Positions 19,366-29,923 of a stretch of 44,002 nucleotides of DNA are shown here, piece after piece; within the stretch, counting starts at the first letter, position 1; the number at the start of each line of letters is the position of its first letter. The stretch lies in the IMG/VR virus record IMGVR_UViG_3300038365_000077, positions 1 to 44,002 of that record; one strand, given 5' to 3'. The notes under the pieces were generated by a model that was given only the letters and a program-made list of their open reading frames with translations, had not been told where the DNA came from and ran no database searches. The position numbers and the translations under genes were made by a program. The DNA comes from a virus (taxonomy: Duplodnaviria; Caudoviricetes).

Positions 19366-20733
19366 TTAGTTTATATATTTATCAATCAAGGCTTTGGTTG
19401 CCTGCATCAGCGCCTCCTGCCCCGTATTCTTGTTCTCTATCGCCTGTATTACCCGCTGGTCGTGCGTGTTGTGTGCCACCAGCCGGAAGATCATCACGGG
19501 CCTGGTCTGTCCTTGCCTGTGAAGTCTCGCATTCGCCTGCAGGTACAACTCGAGGCTCCAGGGCGTGGAGAACCACACGATGTTGTTGCCTCCCTTCTGC
19601 AGGTTCAACCCGTGCCCTGCACTGGCGGGGTGGGCGAGCAGTACCTGTATTTTTCCTTCATTCCAGTCCTCTATGTCCTGCCCGGTATCAAGCTGCCGGG
19701 GGTTGTACTCCTTCAGTCTCTTCATCATTCGGCTAAGTTCGTGCTTGTAGTTGTAGAAGATTAGCACTGGACTGTTCGCCGCCTCGACAATTTCCTCCAA
19801 CATATCCAGCTTCTCGTCGTGCACATGGTGAACATTCCGGTCAGCATCGTACACGGCGCCGCTGGCATACTGCAGCAGCTTGTTCGTCAGTGCCGCGGCG
19901 TTCACCGCCGTTATCTCCGTGTCCTGCAGCTGCAGTACCTGCTCCTTCTCGAATTCGTCGTACTTCCGCTGCGCTTCCGCGGACAGGTGCACCGGGATAT
20001 CACGGACGATCTTGTCCGGCAGCTCGAGATAATCCTCTGCCTTCATCGAGATGCAGATATCCGATATCTTCTCGTAGATCTCCTGCTCGCTGCCGGTGTT
20101 GGCCTTGTACTCGTACACCACGTACCCGTTTGATCTTCCGGGACGGAAATATCGGTTCCTGTAGCTTCCGATGGACCTTCCAAGCCGTTCGCCCATGTCA
20201 AGCAGGTACAGCTGGCTCCAGAGGTCGATCAAACCGTTCGGTGATGGCGTTCCGGTCAGTCCCACGACACGTTTAACCTTTGTCCGCACCATCCTCAGCG
20301 CCTTGAATCGCTGGGAGGCGTGGTTCTTGAAGCTGGACAGCTCGTCGATCACGACCATGTCGAAGGGAAAGGCGGATCCGTACATAGACACCAGCCATGC
20401 CACGTTCTCCCGGTTGATCACGTAGATGTCGGCGGCGCGGTGAAGCGCTTCCTTCCGCTGCTTCTCCGTGCCTAATACCAGGGAGAGTCTGAGATGCTTC
20501 ACGTGCTCCCAATTTTTCACTTCGTTCATCCAGGTGTCCTCTGCCACGCGCTTCGGCGCGACAACCAGTACCCTGCAGATCTCGAAGCTGTCGTACATCA
20601 GCCTGTCTATCGCGGTCAGCGTGGTGATCGTCTTGCCGAGTCCGAGGTCTAAAAACAAAGCACATCCGGGGTGGTCGAAAATATGTTGGATCGCCTGCTT
20701 TTGGTAGTTATGTAGGTTCTTTTCGCTCAACAT
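19366..20733 (-). CDS. SNF2-family helicase
   Basis: LGLGKT, IDELS, LTGTP, GHGLNLQ, QANARLHRQGQ. Confidence 0.93.
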   Translation of the reverse strand: MLSEKNLHNYQKQAIQHIFDHPGCALFLDLGLGKTITTLTAIDRLMYDSFEICRVLVVAPKRVAEDTWMNEVKNWEHVKHLRLSLVLGTEKQRKEALHRAADIYVINRENVAWLVSMYGSAFPFDMVVIDELSSFKNHASQRFKALRMVRTKVKRVVGLTGTPSPNGLIDLWSQLYLLDMGERLGRSIGSYRNRYFRPGRSNGYVVYEYKANTGSEQEIYEKISDICISMKAEDYLELPDKIVRDIPVHLSAEAQRKYDEFEKEQVLQLQDTEITAVNAAALTNKLLQYASGAVYDADRNVHHVHDEKLDMLEEIVEAANSPVLIFYNYKHELSRMMKRLKEYNPRQLDTGQDIEDWNEGKIQVLLAHPASAGHGLNLQKGGNNIVWFSTPWSLELYLQANARLHRQGQTRPVMIFRLVAHNTHDQRVIQAIENKNTGQEALMQATKALIDKYIN

Positions 20734-21005
20734 CCCAGTTCCTCCAGAAATTTCTGCAGTCCTGCCTCGTCGTCGATCACATCGACCCGGAACCCCAGAC
20801 CCCTGAGTTCCTGGTGAACTATCTTCTGCCTCGGCGTCGGCTTCTTCCCGGTCGTCTTGATCTCCACGAACCGGATCCTCCCACCGGGCATCAGGATCAT
20901 GCGATCCGGCAAACCGGTGTAATATTGCGACTGCAGTTTCACGGCGATCCCGTTCAACTTCCCGATCTCTATCCTCAATTTCTTCTCTATCTGCTTTTCG
21001 CCCAT
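20727..21005 (-). CDS. VRR-NUC domain nuclease
   Basis: EKQIE, GLPDR, FVEIK, PRQ. Confidence 0.9.
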   Translation of the reverse strand: MGEKQIEKKLRIEIGKLNGIAVKLQSQYYTGLPDRMILMPGGRIRFVEIKTTGKKPTPRQKIVHQELRGLGFRVDVIDDEAGLQKFLEELGC

Positions 21006-21034
21006 TTTCTTAAAATTTGTAAATTAAATTAAGA

Positions 21035-21300
21035 TGTGACACTGTGACGTCTTTCGCGCGCGTAGACGTATCATGTTTAGCATGCGTTTTTTGCGTTTAG
21101 CATATGCGTTTATACGTTTTTACTATGCTAATCATCTTTTTTTTAGTTTATATATCATTTTAGGTGTCACAGCGTCACAATCTAATTTAAATATCTGTCA
21201 ATCAAGTATTTAAGTGTGACACATACCCTGTCACAATGGCGTCACACCCCGTCACACCTGATTTCCGACAGGTGTCACACCCTGTCACACATGCGTCACA
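21035..21300. repeat. Iteron cluster (11 GTCACA/TGTGAC), probable phage origin
   Basis: Direct and inverted copies around an AT-rich tract downstream of the primase-helicase. Confidence 0.75.
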
Positions 21301-23682
21301 CTATTTTTTATCTTTTTTAACAAAGCCACGTACCATAATACCCGCCCGACGGAATCTCTGATACTTCCAGTCCTTCTTCCGGTCCATAATTTTCTTGATC
21401 CGGTTCTGGCTTGTGTAGTCGATCGGCTTCCTCTCGCCGAACGCCCCCTCCCAGATCTCCCGGATGGTCACGCTGTCGCGGAGAACCGCGTTCTCGTCAT
21501 CCACATCCTCGAAAAAGTCCGTCGCCGATGGCGGTAAGATTTCCCAGTTTGTCGGCACCGGCCGGCCCAGGAACTCGTCGATATCGTCCTCCCAGGCGTC
21601 GATCTCCATGTGCTCCTGCTGCTTCTGCCTTGCGATCTTCTCCAGCCTGTCGGACAGGTACGGACGCGCTCCGGCCTCGTAGTAGTGCTTTGCTTCCGCC
21701 CAGACCTGGTCCAGTTCCTCCTCCGTGTATTCCTCCCAGTCCCGGATCCTTCTTTCCTTGTTGACTTCACAGGGCCAGAACCGGCGATCCCCGCCGATCC
21801 CTTGAAGGAAGTTAAGATTGTTGCCAGAGCCGAAGAATATGCACTGCCTTGGCTGGTCCTGCGGGTATCGGTCGTATGCCGCGCGGTAGAAGTCGGAACG
21901 CTTTGACAGGAAGTTCTTCGCCTCGTCTGTGCCGCTCTTGCGAAGGCCCACAAGCTCGGCGATCTCCACGATCCACTTGCCCCGGATGTTTTCGTATGCC
22001 TCCTTGCCGGTAATCGGACAGCTGTCGACGAACCATCTCGTGTCCCTGGAGAGCCGGTCCAGCAGCTTGCTCTTGCCGATCCCCTCCTCGCCGATGAACA
22101 CCATCACGTAGTCCATGTAGGATCCGGGCTCCATCACGCGCTGCACCCCGGCCACGAACATGGCCTTCGTGACGGCTCTCGAGTACTCGCTGTCCTCTAT
22201 GCCCAATGCGTCGATGAACAGCGTTTCCAGCCTCTTTTCGCCGTCCCAGGCAAGGGCGTTCAGGTAGTCCCGGATAGGGTGGAATGAATGCTTCGCGCTC
22301 ACCGACTTGAACACGTCCGTGATGAGGTCCTTCCCCTTGATGCCGTACCGCTTCCCGCTGAGGTACAGCCTCAGCTCCGCGTCGTCCGTGTCGTTCCAGA
22401 ACGGATCCCTGTCCTCCTTCTTGCGCCAGAACGGCCGGCGGAATATGGCGATGCGCTTCGAGAGCAGGTCGTTGCCGAACACTCCCTTCAGGTTCGGATC
22501 GTTCTCCATGATCAGGCGCACGTTCTCCGGCGTGGAGAGCAGCACTCCCTTGCGGTCGTATTCCAGCCTCTCCGCCCATTCTCCTGCCTCCACGTCCTCC
22601 ACGTCCTCTTCTGCGAAGTCCTCGAGCGCCGACTGCATCTTTTCCTCGAACACCTGCTTTCTCACCCTCTCGTCCGCGGCCGCGAAGTCCATCATCGCCT
22701 GGAAGGATGGCAGCTTCGTGATGTTCGTGCGCGGATCCGCGTCGTCGTCCTTCAGGCCGAACAGGTGGATCCTTACAAGGTCGAAGGCGTTGCACAACTT
22801 CCCGGATGCCGGGTCGGTGCCATGGTGGGAATATGCCCACTTGTCCTCGTAGGTGACAAGTCCTCCGACCGTGCTGCCGTGCCTGTACGAGTACCTGTTG
22901 TCTTCATTGTCGCACTTCTCGTAGTAGTCCGTCAGAAGTTCCTCGATGGCCTCGTGGATGTCATAGGAGCGGCAGAACGCCCCCACGATGCCGGTCTTCG
23001 CCGTCGGGTCCTCCGCTTTTTTGATCTCGCGTGAGATCACGTGCGATACCCGGGAGCTGACCGGCCATCCGGACGAGTCCCGCCAGTCGGCGTACTCCGC
23101 CAGCACCGCGTCGGGGTCGAGCCACTCGCCGTCCTGCACCTCGAACACGAACTCCGCGTCCTTGGCGGTGGATGGCCAGTACATGAGCCGCTCCGCCTCG
23201 AACGTCGTGTCGTCGAAGTCGTCTATTCCGACGGCACCGGCCACGCGTCTGCCGATCGCCTCGTATTCGTCACGCTGCACGGGGCGGGAGAGCGGGATCA
23301 CAAGCCTCAGCCTGTTCTTCTCCGGGGTGTGCTTGTGCGTCGAGTACACGCACGCCGCGCAGTCGTACATCAACGTGAAGGTATCCCACAGGCCGCCCTT
23401 CGAGAAGTCGGCATCGAGGGAGAGGATGGACCGCTCCAGCACGTTTCCGGCCTTGCGTCTTCCACCTGCCAGCGTGCCGCCCACGAAGCCACCCACGTCC
23501 TTGATCTCGTCCTGCCGTGTCTTGCTCGCCTTCATGTACTCCGCGAACGTCTCGTGCGTCCGCGTGGTCTTCGAGAGCTTGCCAAGCAGCTCCGACCACA
23601 GCACCTCCCTGTTCTTCCAGTGCAGCTCCTTTCTCGATGCCCCCGTGGAGATCGGGAGGCTTCCGTCATGCGTTATGTTCAT
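21301..23682 (-). CDS. Primase-helicase (prim-pol plus VapE/VirE)
   Basis: LDAD, YSTHKH, GEEGIGKS Walker A, EIAEL, GDRRFWP. Confidence 0.9.
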   Translation of the reverse strand: MNITHDGSLPISTGASRKELHWKNREVLWSELLGKLSKTTRTHETFAEYMKASKTRQDEIKDVGGFVGGTLAGGRRKAGNVLERSILSLDADFSKGGLWDTFTLMYDCAACVYSTHKHTPEKNRLRLVIPLSRPVQRDEYEAIGRRVAGAVGIDDFDDTTFEAERLMYWPSTAKDAEFVFEVQDGEWLDPDAVLAEYADWRDSSGWPVSSRVSHVISREIKKAEDPTAKTGIVGAFCRSYDIHEAIEELLTDYYEKCDNEDNRYSYRHGSTVGGLVTYEDKWAYSHHGTDPASGKLCNAFDLVRIHLFGLKDDDADPRTNITKLPSFQAMMDFAAADERVRKQVFEEKMQSALEDFAEEDVEDVEAGEWAERLEYDRKGVLLSTPENVRLIMENDPNLKGVFGNDLLSKRIAIFRRPFWRKKEDRDPFWNDTDDAELRLYLSGKRYGIKGKDLITDVFKSVSAKHSFHPIRDYLNALAWDGEKRLETLFIDALGIEDSEYSRAVTKAMFVAGVQRVMEPGSYMDYVMVFIGEEGIGKSKLLDRLSRDTRWFVDSCPITGKEAYENIRGKWIVEIAELVGLRKSGTDEAKNFLSKRSDFYRAAYDRYPQDQPRQCIFFGSGNNLNFLQGIGGDRRFWPCEVNKERRIRDWEEYTEEELDQVWAEAKHYYEAGARPYLSDRLEKIARQKQQEHMEIDAWEDDIDEFLGRPVPTNWEILPPSATDFFEDVDDENAVLRDSVTIREIWEGAFGERKPIDYTSQNRIKKIMDRKKDWKYQRFRRAGIMVRGFVKKDKK

Positions 23683-23846
23683 ATCGGGTTTTCGTATAAT
23701 AATCGTACAACCTGTGCACCGTGTCTCTCTTTCACTTCGCCGCGCAGCCTCTCGAGGTCCTTTGTCATTGCGGTGAAATGCAAATTCTTCCGTCTGCCAC
23801 CCTCGAAGTAGAGGGTGGCTCCGGTTACTATGTAGATTTCTTTCAT
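23679..23846 (-). CDS. Small hypothetical protein (55 aa, not in ORF track)
   Basis: MKEIYIVTGATLYF...YENPI; ATGA overlaps at both ends. Confidence 0.7.
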   Translation of the reverse strand: MKEIYIVTGATLYFEGGRRKNLHFTAMTKDLERLRGEVKERHGAQVVRLLYENPI

Positions 23847-24244
23847 CGGACCCCCGTCTTGAGATTGTTGTCGGTCATTATTCTCCAGAACTTTTCACCG
23901 TTCAGCTCGACCGGGTAAGCACTGATCATGAATGCCGCCTTTGATTCCAGCATGTCGATGTCGGAGAATATCTCCCGGACCATCCCGACACTGTTGACCG
24001 ATAGCGTTCCCGAGCTGCGGTTCTGCCACACTTTGAATCCCTCGTCCGCTTTCGTGATATGTATATACCAGTCGTGCGGCCTGTCCTCATCTCGGCAGAA
24101 CTCCAGTCTGGTACCATGTTCGATCCCGGTTAAATCGCCTGCCAGTGAGGAGAATGTGATCAACCCGACGGCATTCATTTTGACGAACGCCTCACCTCTT
24201 TTCTGTTTCCCGACCGTGTCGGGAGTGTACTTTTTAAGTCTCAT
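23843..24244 (-). CDS. Hypothetical phage protein
   Basis: 133 aa, coupled to neighbours. Confidence 0.75.
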   Translation of the reverse strand: MRLKKYTPDTVGKQKRGEAFVKMNAVGLITFSSLAGDLTGIEHGTRLEFCRDEDRPHDWYIHITKADEGFKVWQNRSSGTLSVNSVGMVREIFSDIDMLESKAAFMISAYPVELNGEKFWRIMTDNNLKTGVR

Positions 24245-24603
24245 ACCTTTGCCTCCTTTATTCTGTGGAGGATCTCCGTGTAGCCGGCCAGATCCACCAG
24301 GTTATCCCTCTTGTGCTTGTAACTCTCCCGCGCAAGTTTCACCGCCATCAGCACGACGGTGCAGTCTTCCGCAGTCAGCTCCTTTTTCAGTATTGCCGAG
24401 GCAATGGCGGCAATGTGCCTGAAATTCTCCACAGGGTCGCTGTAGTCGACCTGTCTATCCCCGTTCACGATCCTGTCAGCCTCCAGTAGGATGCTTTCTT
24501 TTGCCGGCAACCTTATATCAGCGGTCGAAGAATATGCCGAAGTCACTTTTGTCCCGTCAAAGTCCTTCGGAAACCATTTGTTCTCTTTGTCCTGTAAGCT
24601 CAT
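24241..24603 (-). CDS. DUF6378-like phage protein
   Basis: EADRIVNGDRQVDY...KLAR...DNLVDLAGY. Confidence 0.75.
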   Translation of the reverse strand: MSLQDKENKWFPKDFDGTKVTSAYSSTADIRLPAKESILLEADRIVNGDRQVDYSDPVENFRHIAAIASAILKKELTAEDCTVVLMAVKLARESYKHKRDNLVDLAGYTEILHRIKEAKV

Positions 24604-24739
24604 AACTTCAAAATTGTTTATATGGTACTTTTTAAATGCTCCTTAAACTCGCGTATTACACCCTCCAACTTATTTAGTTTTGCAACATACTGTACGATAC
24701 TATCATTTTTTGTTGCGTATATTTCGGTGTTACCGCCAA

Positions 24740-24919
24740 TTAAACAGACGGCTCATAAATCACATCAATTTCCCATAGGTGATGAATAAAATTCGCCATT
24801 AAATTAGCGGCTTCATCAATTTTGCCGTCAGGAATAATGTCAGCGTTTTCATCAGCATTTCCGATATATACAAATGCTTCCTTTTTAATTTCTTCTAATG
24901 TCATTTTTTTAAGTTCCAT
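24740..24919 (-). CDS. Cassette 1 microprotein (59 aa, acidic)
   Basis: MELKKMTLEEIKKEAF...YEPSV fills the cassette. Confidence 0.65.
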   Translation of the reverse strand: MELKKMTLEEIKKEAFVYIGNADENADIIPDGKIDEAANLMANFIHHLWEIDVIYEPSV

Positions 24920-24939
24920 TTTGATTTAAAATTAACTGG

Positions 24940-25037
24940 CGGTAACAGCGGTTTAGCGTAATGCCGCAATCCAAGCCAGTGGTTAATAATTTACATTTTT
25001 ACGAGCGGCACATACGCCAAGCCGCATAACGTTAGCG
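24940..25037 (+). other. attC-like site A
   Basis: CGGTAAC-A-GCGGTTTAGCGTAATGCCGC...GCGGCACATACGCCAAGCCGC-ATAAC-GTTAGCG. Confidence 0.75.
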
Positions 25038-25043
25038 GAAAGG

Positions 25044-25289
25044 CTACGAAACCTCCCAACCATTATCTTTAGCATATTTTAAAGCTGCGGACTTAGTCGG
25101 AAACCAAGCTTCAATAATATTTTCCATATCAGAACAACCTACCCATAGCAAGTAGTAATTGACACCTTCCGCATATTTCAATTTGAGTTTTTCACTTTTG
25201 GGAGGATTTTTAAAGCCAAAACATTCCCGATAGGTTTTTCCTTCTTTCTTTCTATTTTTCAACAAGTCAACCCGCCCTTCCGCTAACAT
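25044..25289 (-). CDS. Cassette 2 protein (81 aa; start uncertain, could extend through attC B)
   Basis: MLAEGRVDLLK...GWEVS; ATG overlaps the attC core. Confidence 0.6.
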   Translation of the reverse strand: MLAEGRVDLLKNRKKEGKTYRECFGFKNPPKSEKLKLKYAEGVNYYLLWVGCSDMENIIEAWFPTKSAALKYAKDNGWEVS

Positions 25290-25411
25290 CGGCTTGCCGT
25301 AATGGCTGTTTAAATCTTTATTCATCTTTAGTAACATTTTGAACATTAGTAATAAATTCGGCTTTTGTGCTTCTATATACGCCACTAACGGCAAGCCGTT
25401 TCCCGTTAGCG
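25281..25411 (+). other. attC-like site B
   Basis: CGCTAAC-AT-CGGCTTGCCGTAATGGC...GCCACTAACGGCAAGCCG-TTTCCC-GTTAGCG. Confidence 0.75.
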
Positions 25412-25418
25412 GTCAGTG

Positions 25419-25532
25419 CTACCTTGCCTTAGTTCTTCGGTCATATACCGCCCAAACTTCGTCTTGTTGTGATGGATTAAGGTCAGCGAAATACTTACCG
25501 TAAAGTTCCTGTGCAATTTGATTGATGTTCAT
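25419..25532 (-). CDS. Cassette 3 microprotein (37 aa)
   Basis: MNINQIAQELYGKYFADLNPSQQDEVWAVYDRRTKAR with AT-rich leader. Confidence 0.6.
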   Translation of the reverse strand: MNINQIAQELYGKYFADLNPSQQDEVWAVYDRRTKAR

Positions 25533-25557
25533 TGTCTTAAAATTTACCGCACCGAAC

Positions 25558-25652
25558 CGCTAACAAGGCATTTACGCTACCCCTGCGGACGATACGCTGT
25601 TCAATATTGGTTTTGTAATTACTGGGCAGCGCAAAGCCGTGAACCGTCAGGT
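25558..25652 (+). other. attC-like site C (degenerate core GTCAGGT)
   Basis: CGCTAAC-AA-GGCATTTACGCTACCC...GGGCAGCGCAAAGCC-GTGAACC-GTCAGGT. Confidence 0.6.
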
Positions 25653-25718
25653 GGCATTATTCCTCCCTCAAATGCTAAATCGCTTTCTGCTGGCAAATAT
25701 TCTTCTGCTGTCATTCCC

Positions 25719-27724
25719 TTAATCTTTTTTGTAATACTCTGTTTCATATCCGTCAGCCCGGAGCAGCAGCCCCGGCGCCCAGCTGATCGGCTCGCCCATG
25801 ATCAGGCAAGCCTCGTCCATCGTCTTGCCGTCATACGGCTCCTCGATCACCACCTCGTCGTGCACGTGCATGACGATATTAAAACCCTCCTCCGCAAGCC
25901 GGAGCATCGAGTGCGCCAGACAGTCGCGGGCGATCGCCTGCACAATGTTTTCCACCAGCTTTCCCCCGTATGTCTCCTGCTTCTCCCACTTGCGTGTTGT
26001 CTGGTTGATGCCCCAGTACGTGATCGAGTCTCCGCCGAAGCGGTTCCTCCCGATGCCCGGTGTAGCGTAGCACAGGCTCCGGCCCGATGGCAGGGTGATC
26101 CACATCAGTCCCTTGTCCCACTTGAACCGGCAGCCTCGAACTTCTACCATACGGCCTATGTTGCCTATCACGGCCATAGCTGCCTCCTGTATGTCGTACC
26201 ACAAGCGGACGATGTTAGGGTTTGCCAGCCTCCAACTGTCCACGATCTCCTGCATCTCCGGCTCCGACAGCCCCATCCGCTCGCCTCCCATGGTCTTGAG
26301 CGCGCCGACGCCGCCTTGATAGCCAAGTGCCAATTCCGCGATTTTTCCCTTCTGGCGAAGCGGACTGCCCTTGTCTATGCTGTCGATGGGCACCTTGAAC
26401 ATTTGCGACGCCGAGGCCTCGTAAATCTTGCCGTGGCTTGCGAACACGTCGAGCCTCCACTTCTCCCCCGCAAGCCACGCAGTCACACGGGCCTCTATGG
26501 CCGAGAAGTCGGCGACGATGAAGCGATGCCCCTCCGGTGCGACGAACGCCGTCCGGATGAGCTGCGAGAGCGTGTCGGGCACGTTGCCGTAGAGCAACTC
26601 GACCAACTCCCTGTCGCCCTTGACTACCGTCTCGCGTGCAAGGTCGAGGTCGGGCAGGTGGTTCTGCGGCAGGTTCTGCACCTGCACCAGGCGGCCCGCC
26701 CACCGACCGGTTCTCGAGGCACCGTAGAACTGCAGCAGCCCCCGCACCCGCCCGTCGGTGCACACTGCGTCCAGCATGGCCTGATACTTCTTCGTCGAAG
26801 TCTTCGCCATCTCCTGCCTTAATTCCAGCACCCGGGTGACTTCTTCGGAATCCGAGTTCTCCATCATCCCTGGGATGTCGGTCTTGCTGAGGGATGTCAC
26901 CTCCTCGCCCGTCTGCTCCGTCAGCCACTCCTTCAGTTGTGCGGGAGAGTTCGGGTTGTCCAGTCCGGTGAGCTCCGTCGCTTCCGCCGTGAGGATCTCC
27001 TTGTGATCGTCGTCCATGCGGATGGCGTTCTCCACCATCCGCCGGTCGATCAGCACGCCGGTGCCGATGATCCGCTGGTCCAGCAGCCACAGCTCCCGCT
27101 CCTTCTGCGGGATCGTGAACCATCTCTCCTTGTTGCGGATCGCCCTTTCGGTCTCCACGTCCTGCCTGCAATAATCCTTGAACAGCTCCCATTTGTCGGG
27201 GTCGTGGTGTGGCAGGTTTCGCGTTCTCATGCCGTTCGACTTCGTCGGCTTGCATGGCATTGAGAAGTAGCGTATCAGCGCCCGCCCCGCCGCCATCTTC
27301 TGCTGCTCGAGGTTGAGAGCCTTGGCAACCCCGTCGAGGCTCATGGGAAGCCCCAGCATGGCGCTCTTGACCATCGTGCATTCCCACTGATCCGCGGGCA
27401 GGGTGGAGATTTTCCAGTCCCACCCTCTCTCCGGGGCCGGACCTTTCAGCATCGGAGAAGCTATTTTTTTCAGTGCTTCCCGAAGACAGGTGATTTCAAA
27501 GTTGGCGTTGAATGCCGTCTTCAGCACGGTAGGGTTGATCAGGTCGGAGTAGACGTCCGGCGGAAAGGTTTCACCGCTCGAAAGGTCGATGACCTCCACC
27601 GGCCCGTCGTCGTAGGCATACGCAAACAGCAGGATCTCGAAGTCTTCCGCCTCAGCGTATTTGTACACGCCCGTTTTTGTCAGGTCTTCACTGCTGTAGG
27701 TTTCAATGTCAATGGATAGGGTTT

Positions 27725-27728
<4 letters not shown>
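25719..27728 (-). CDS. Phage family A DNA polymerase with 3'-5' exonuclease
   Basis: IDIETYS, AFNANFE, DFSAIEARV, RQKGKIAELALGY, HVHDE. Confidence 0.93.
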
Positions 27729-28358
<630 letters not shown>

Positions 28359-28362
<4 letters not shown>

Positions 28363-28886
28363 GGCTCTACCGCTTTGGTGTAAAAATCAGCTTTCATAAA
28401 ACAAACCCAGTGGGTCTTTTGAGATTTACCGGAAGGGTGTCCAAACAGTGGCCGATACATTGTAAGCCCAAGTATTTCGCTTAATCGAATGTCAGTTTCA
28501 TTCCACTTGAATATTAGAACTCCTCCTTCTTGTAGGACCCTAAAGCACTCTTCGAATCCTTTTTTAATATCATCTTTCCATGTTGTTTTGTCTAATTTGC
28601 CATACTTAATTGCCATGTACGAATTATCGCCTAAGGATGTAAGATGTGGAGGGTCGAATACTACAATTTTAAAAGAATTGTCTGGGTAAGGCATAGCTCT
28701 AAAGTCTGCAACTACGTCAGGGTTACATTCAAATTGCCTTTTATTCTTCCCTGTGCCCACAATTACGGGTTTAACCCTTCTGCGATCTTGAAATAGCACA
28801 TGCGGATCCGTTTTATCAAACCAAAACATCTTTGCTCCGCAGCAGGCGTCCAATACTGATTTTTCTGAAAACGACTCCCTGTTCAT
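28359..28886 (-). CDS. SAM-dependent methyltransferase (amino-MTase-like, DPPH)
   Basis: LDACCGAKMFWFDK, VVFDPPHL, LIFKWNE. Confidence 0.85.
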
Positions 28887-29248
28887 CTCAGCCCCTCCAT
28901 CTTTTCGCCTATCACCGCGAGGATCTCCCGCTGCGAAGTGTGATAGTTAAGTTCCAGAATCTCGCACAAATACCGCTTGAAGTCGCTGGCGTTCATCTTC
29001 CAAACTTCCGGCTGCTCCCTGATATCGAGGTCCTTCACGAATTCACGTTTCGTGATATCGTCGATGTAGTCGTCCGTGAGAAAACGTTCCGCCACTTCCT
29101 CCTCCACACCCGGGTCGCGCTGTATCAGATCGATCAGGATGTCCGCGGGGATCATCAGACGCTCTGCATCTTCATCGTCCCAGTCGAGGTACTTCTTGTA
29201 ATCCGGGATCTCCAGCTCCGGGATTGATCTGTTCTGTCTCTTATTCAT
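28883..29248 (-). CDS. Hypothetical phage protein
   Basis: 121 aa acidic ORF within the operon. Confidence 0.7.
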   Translation of the reverse strand: MNKRQNRSIPELEIPDYKKYLDWDDEDAERLMIPADILIDLIQRDPGVEEEVAERFLTDDYIDDITKREFVKDLDIREQPEVWKMNASDFKRYLCEILELNYHTSQREILAVIGEKMEGLR

Positions 29249-29873
29249 ACCAGGCCTTGTTAGTTGATGAAACTTCGGGTTTGTAGTTCAATGCCTCCTC
29301 GATGGTGAACATCGGCCTTGTTTGCAGCTCAGGATCCATCGGCGTCCACACGGCCATGATCAGCACCTTGGATTCGGAGTATAGCGACTCGATCATCATA
29401 CAGCGCTTTGAGCTGATCCGTATCGTGAACTCCTCCTTCAGCAGATCGAACAGCTGGAACGCGGCGTGCAGCTGCGAGGCTTGGAAGGTTACCCGCACCG
29501 GGTCTCCGTCTGCATTCTCCCCGGTTAGTCCGAGGTCGATGACCGCCTTATTCTCTCCTTTTCCGAGCCTGTACACCTTTTTCACCGCGGCTCTCAGATC
29601 GTCGATCCTGTCCGTGAAGGATATGTCGTCCGTGTACTTGGCAGGGATGACACTTTCGTATCTTACATTGTTGCCCGGTTCCGGATCCCCGTTCCTCCGG
29701 TACGCCTTGCCCTCACGTTCTTCCGGGTAGCCGCACTCCACCACGGCAAGGATGTGCCCGTCTGAGGCATAAAGTTTGCCGTTCTCGTGCTTCACCGACT
29801 TGAGAGCCGCGCTAATTTGCTTCTCCGGCGCAAAGTCCTTGTACAGCAGGTTGTATAATTTTTTTAAGTCCAT
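29241..29873 (-). CDS. Hypothetical protein, sliding-clamp (beta)-like motifs
   Basis: YASDGHILAV and YESVIP. Confidence 0.55.
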   Translation of the reverse strand: MDLKKLYNLLYKDFAPEKQISAALKSVKHENGKLYASDGHILAVVECGYPEEREGKAYRRNGDPEPGNNVRYESVIPAKYTDDISFTDRIDDLRAAVKKVYRLGKGENKAVIDLGLTGENADGDPVRVTFQASQLHAAFQLFDLLKEEFTIRISSKRCMMIESLYSESKVLIMAVWTPMDPELQTRPMFTIEEALNYKPEVSSTNKAWYE

Positions 29874-29923
29874 TGTTGTTGAAAGGTTATGCAGGCCGGG
29901 TGTCACACCGGCCGGCCGGTTTA

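Larger units (their letters stand above)
24729..25652 (+). mobile_element. Integron-like gene cassette array (CALIN-like, 3 cassettes)
   Basis: Three TAAC...GTTA imperfect palindromes; each cassette's two ends are mutually complementary; AT-rich island. Confidence 0.75.

Noticed and set aside
21812-23811. Long alternative and antisense ORFs over the primase-helicase
   Set aside because: Shadow frames of GC-rich codon usage with no recognisable motifs
25518-27423. 434-aa plus-strand and 402-aa minus-strand ORFs
   Set aside because: Overlap PolA, low-complexity composition; shadow ORFs
29894-29913. Hairpin containing GTGTCACAC as a second origin
   Set aside because: Single copy of a short motif; more likely an intergenic RNA hairpin
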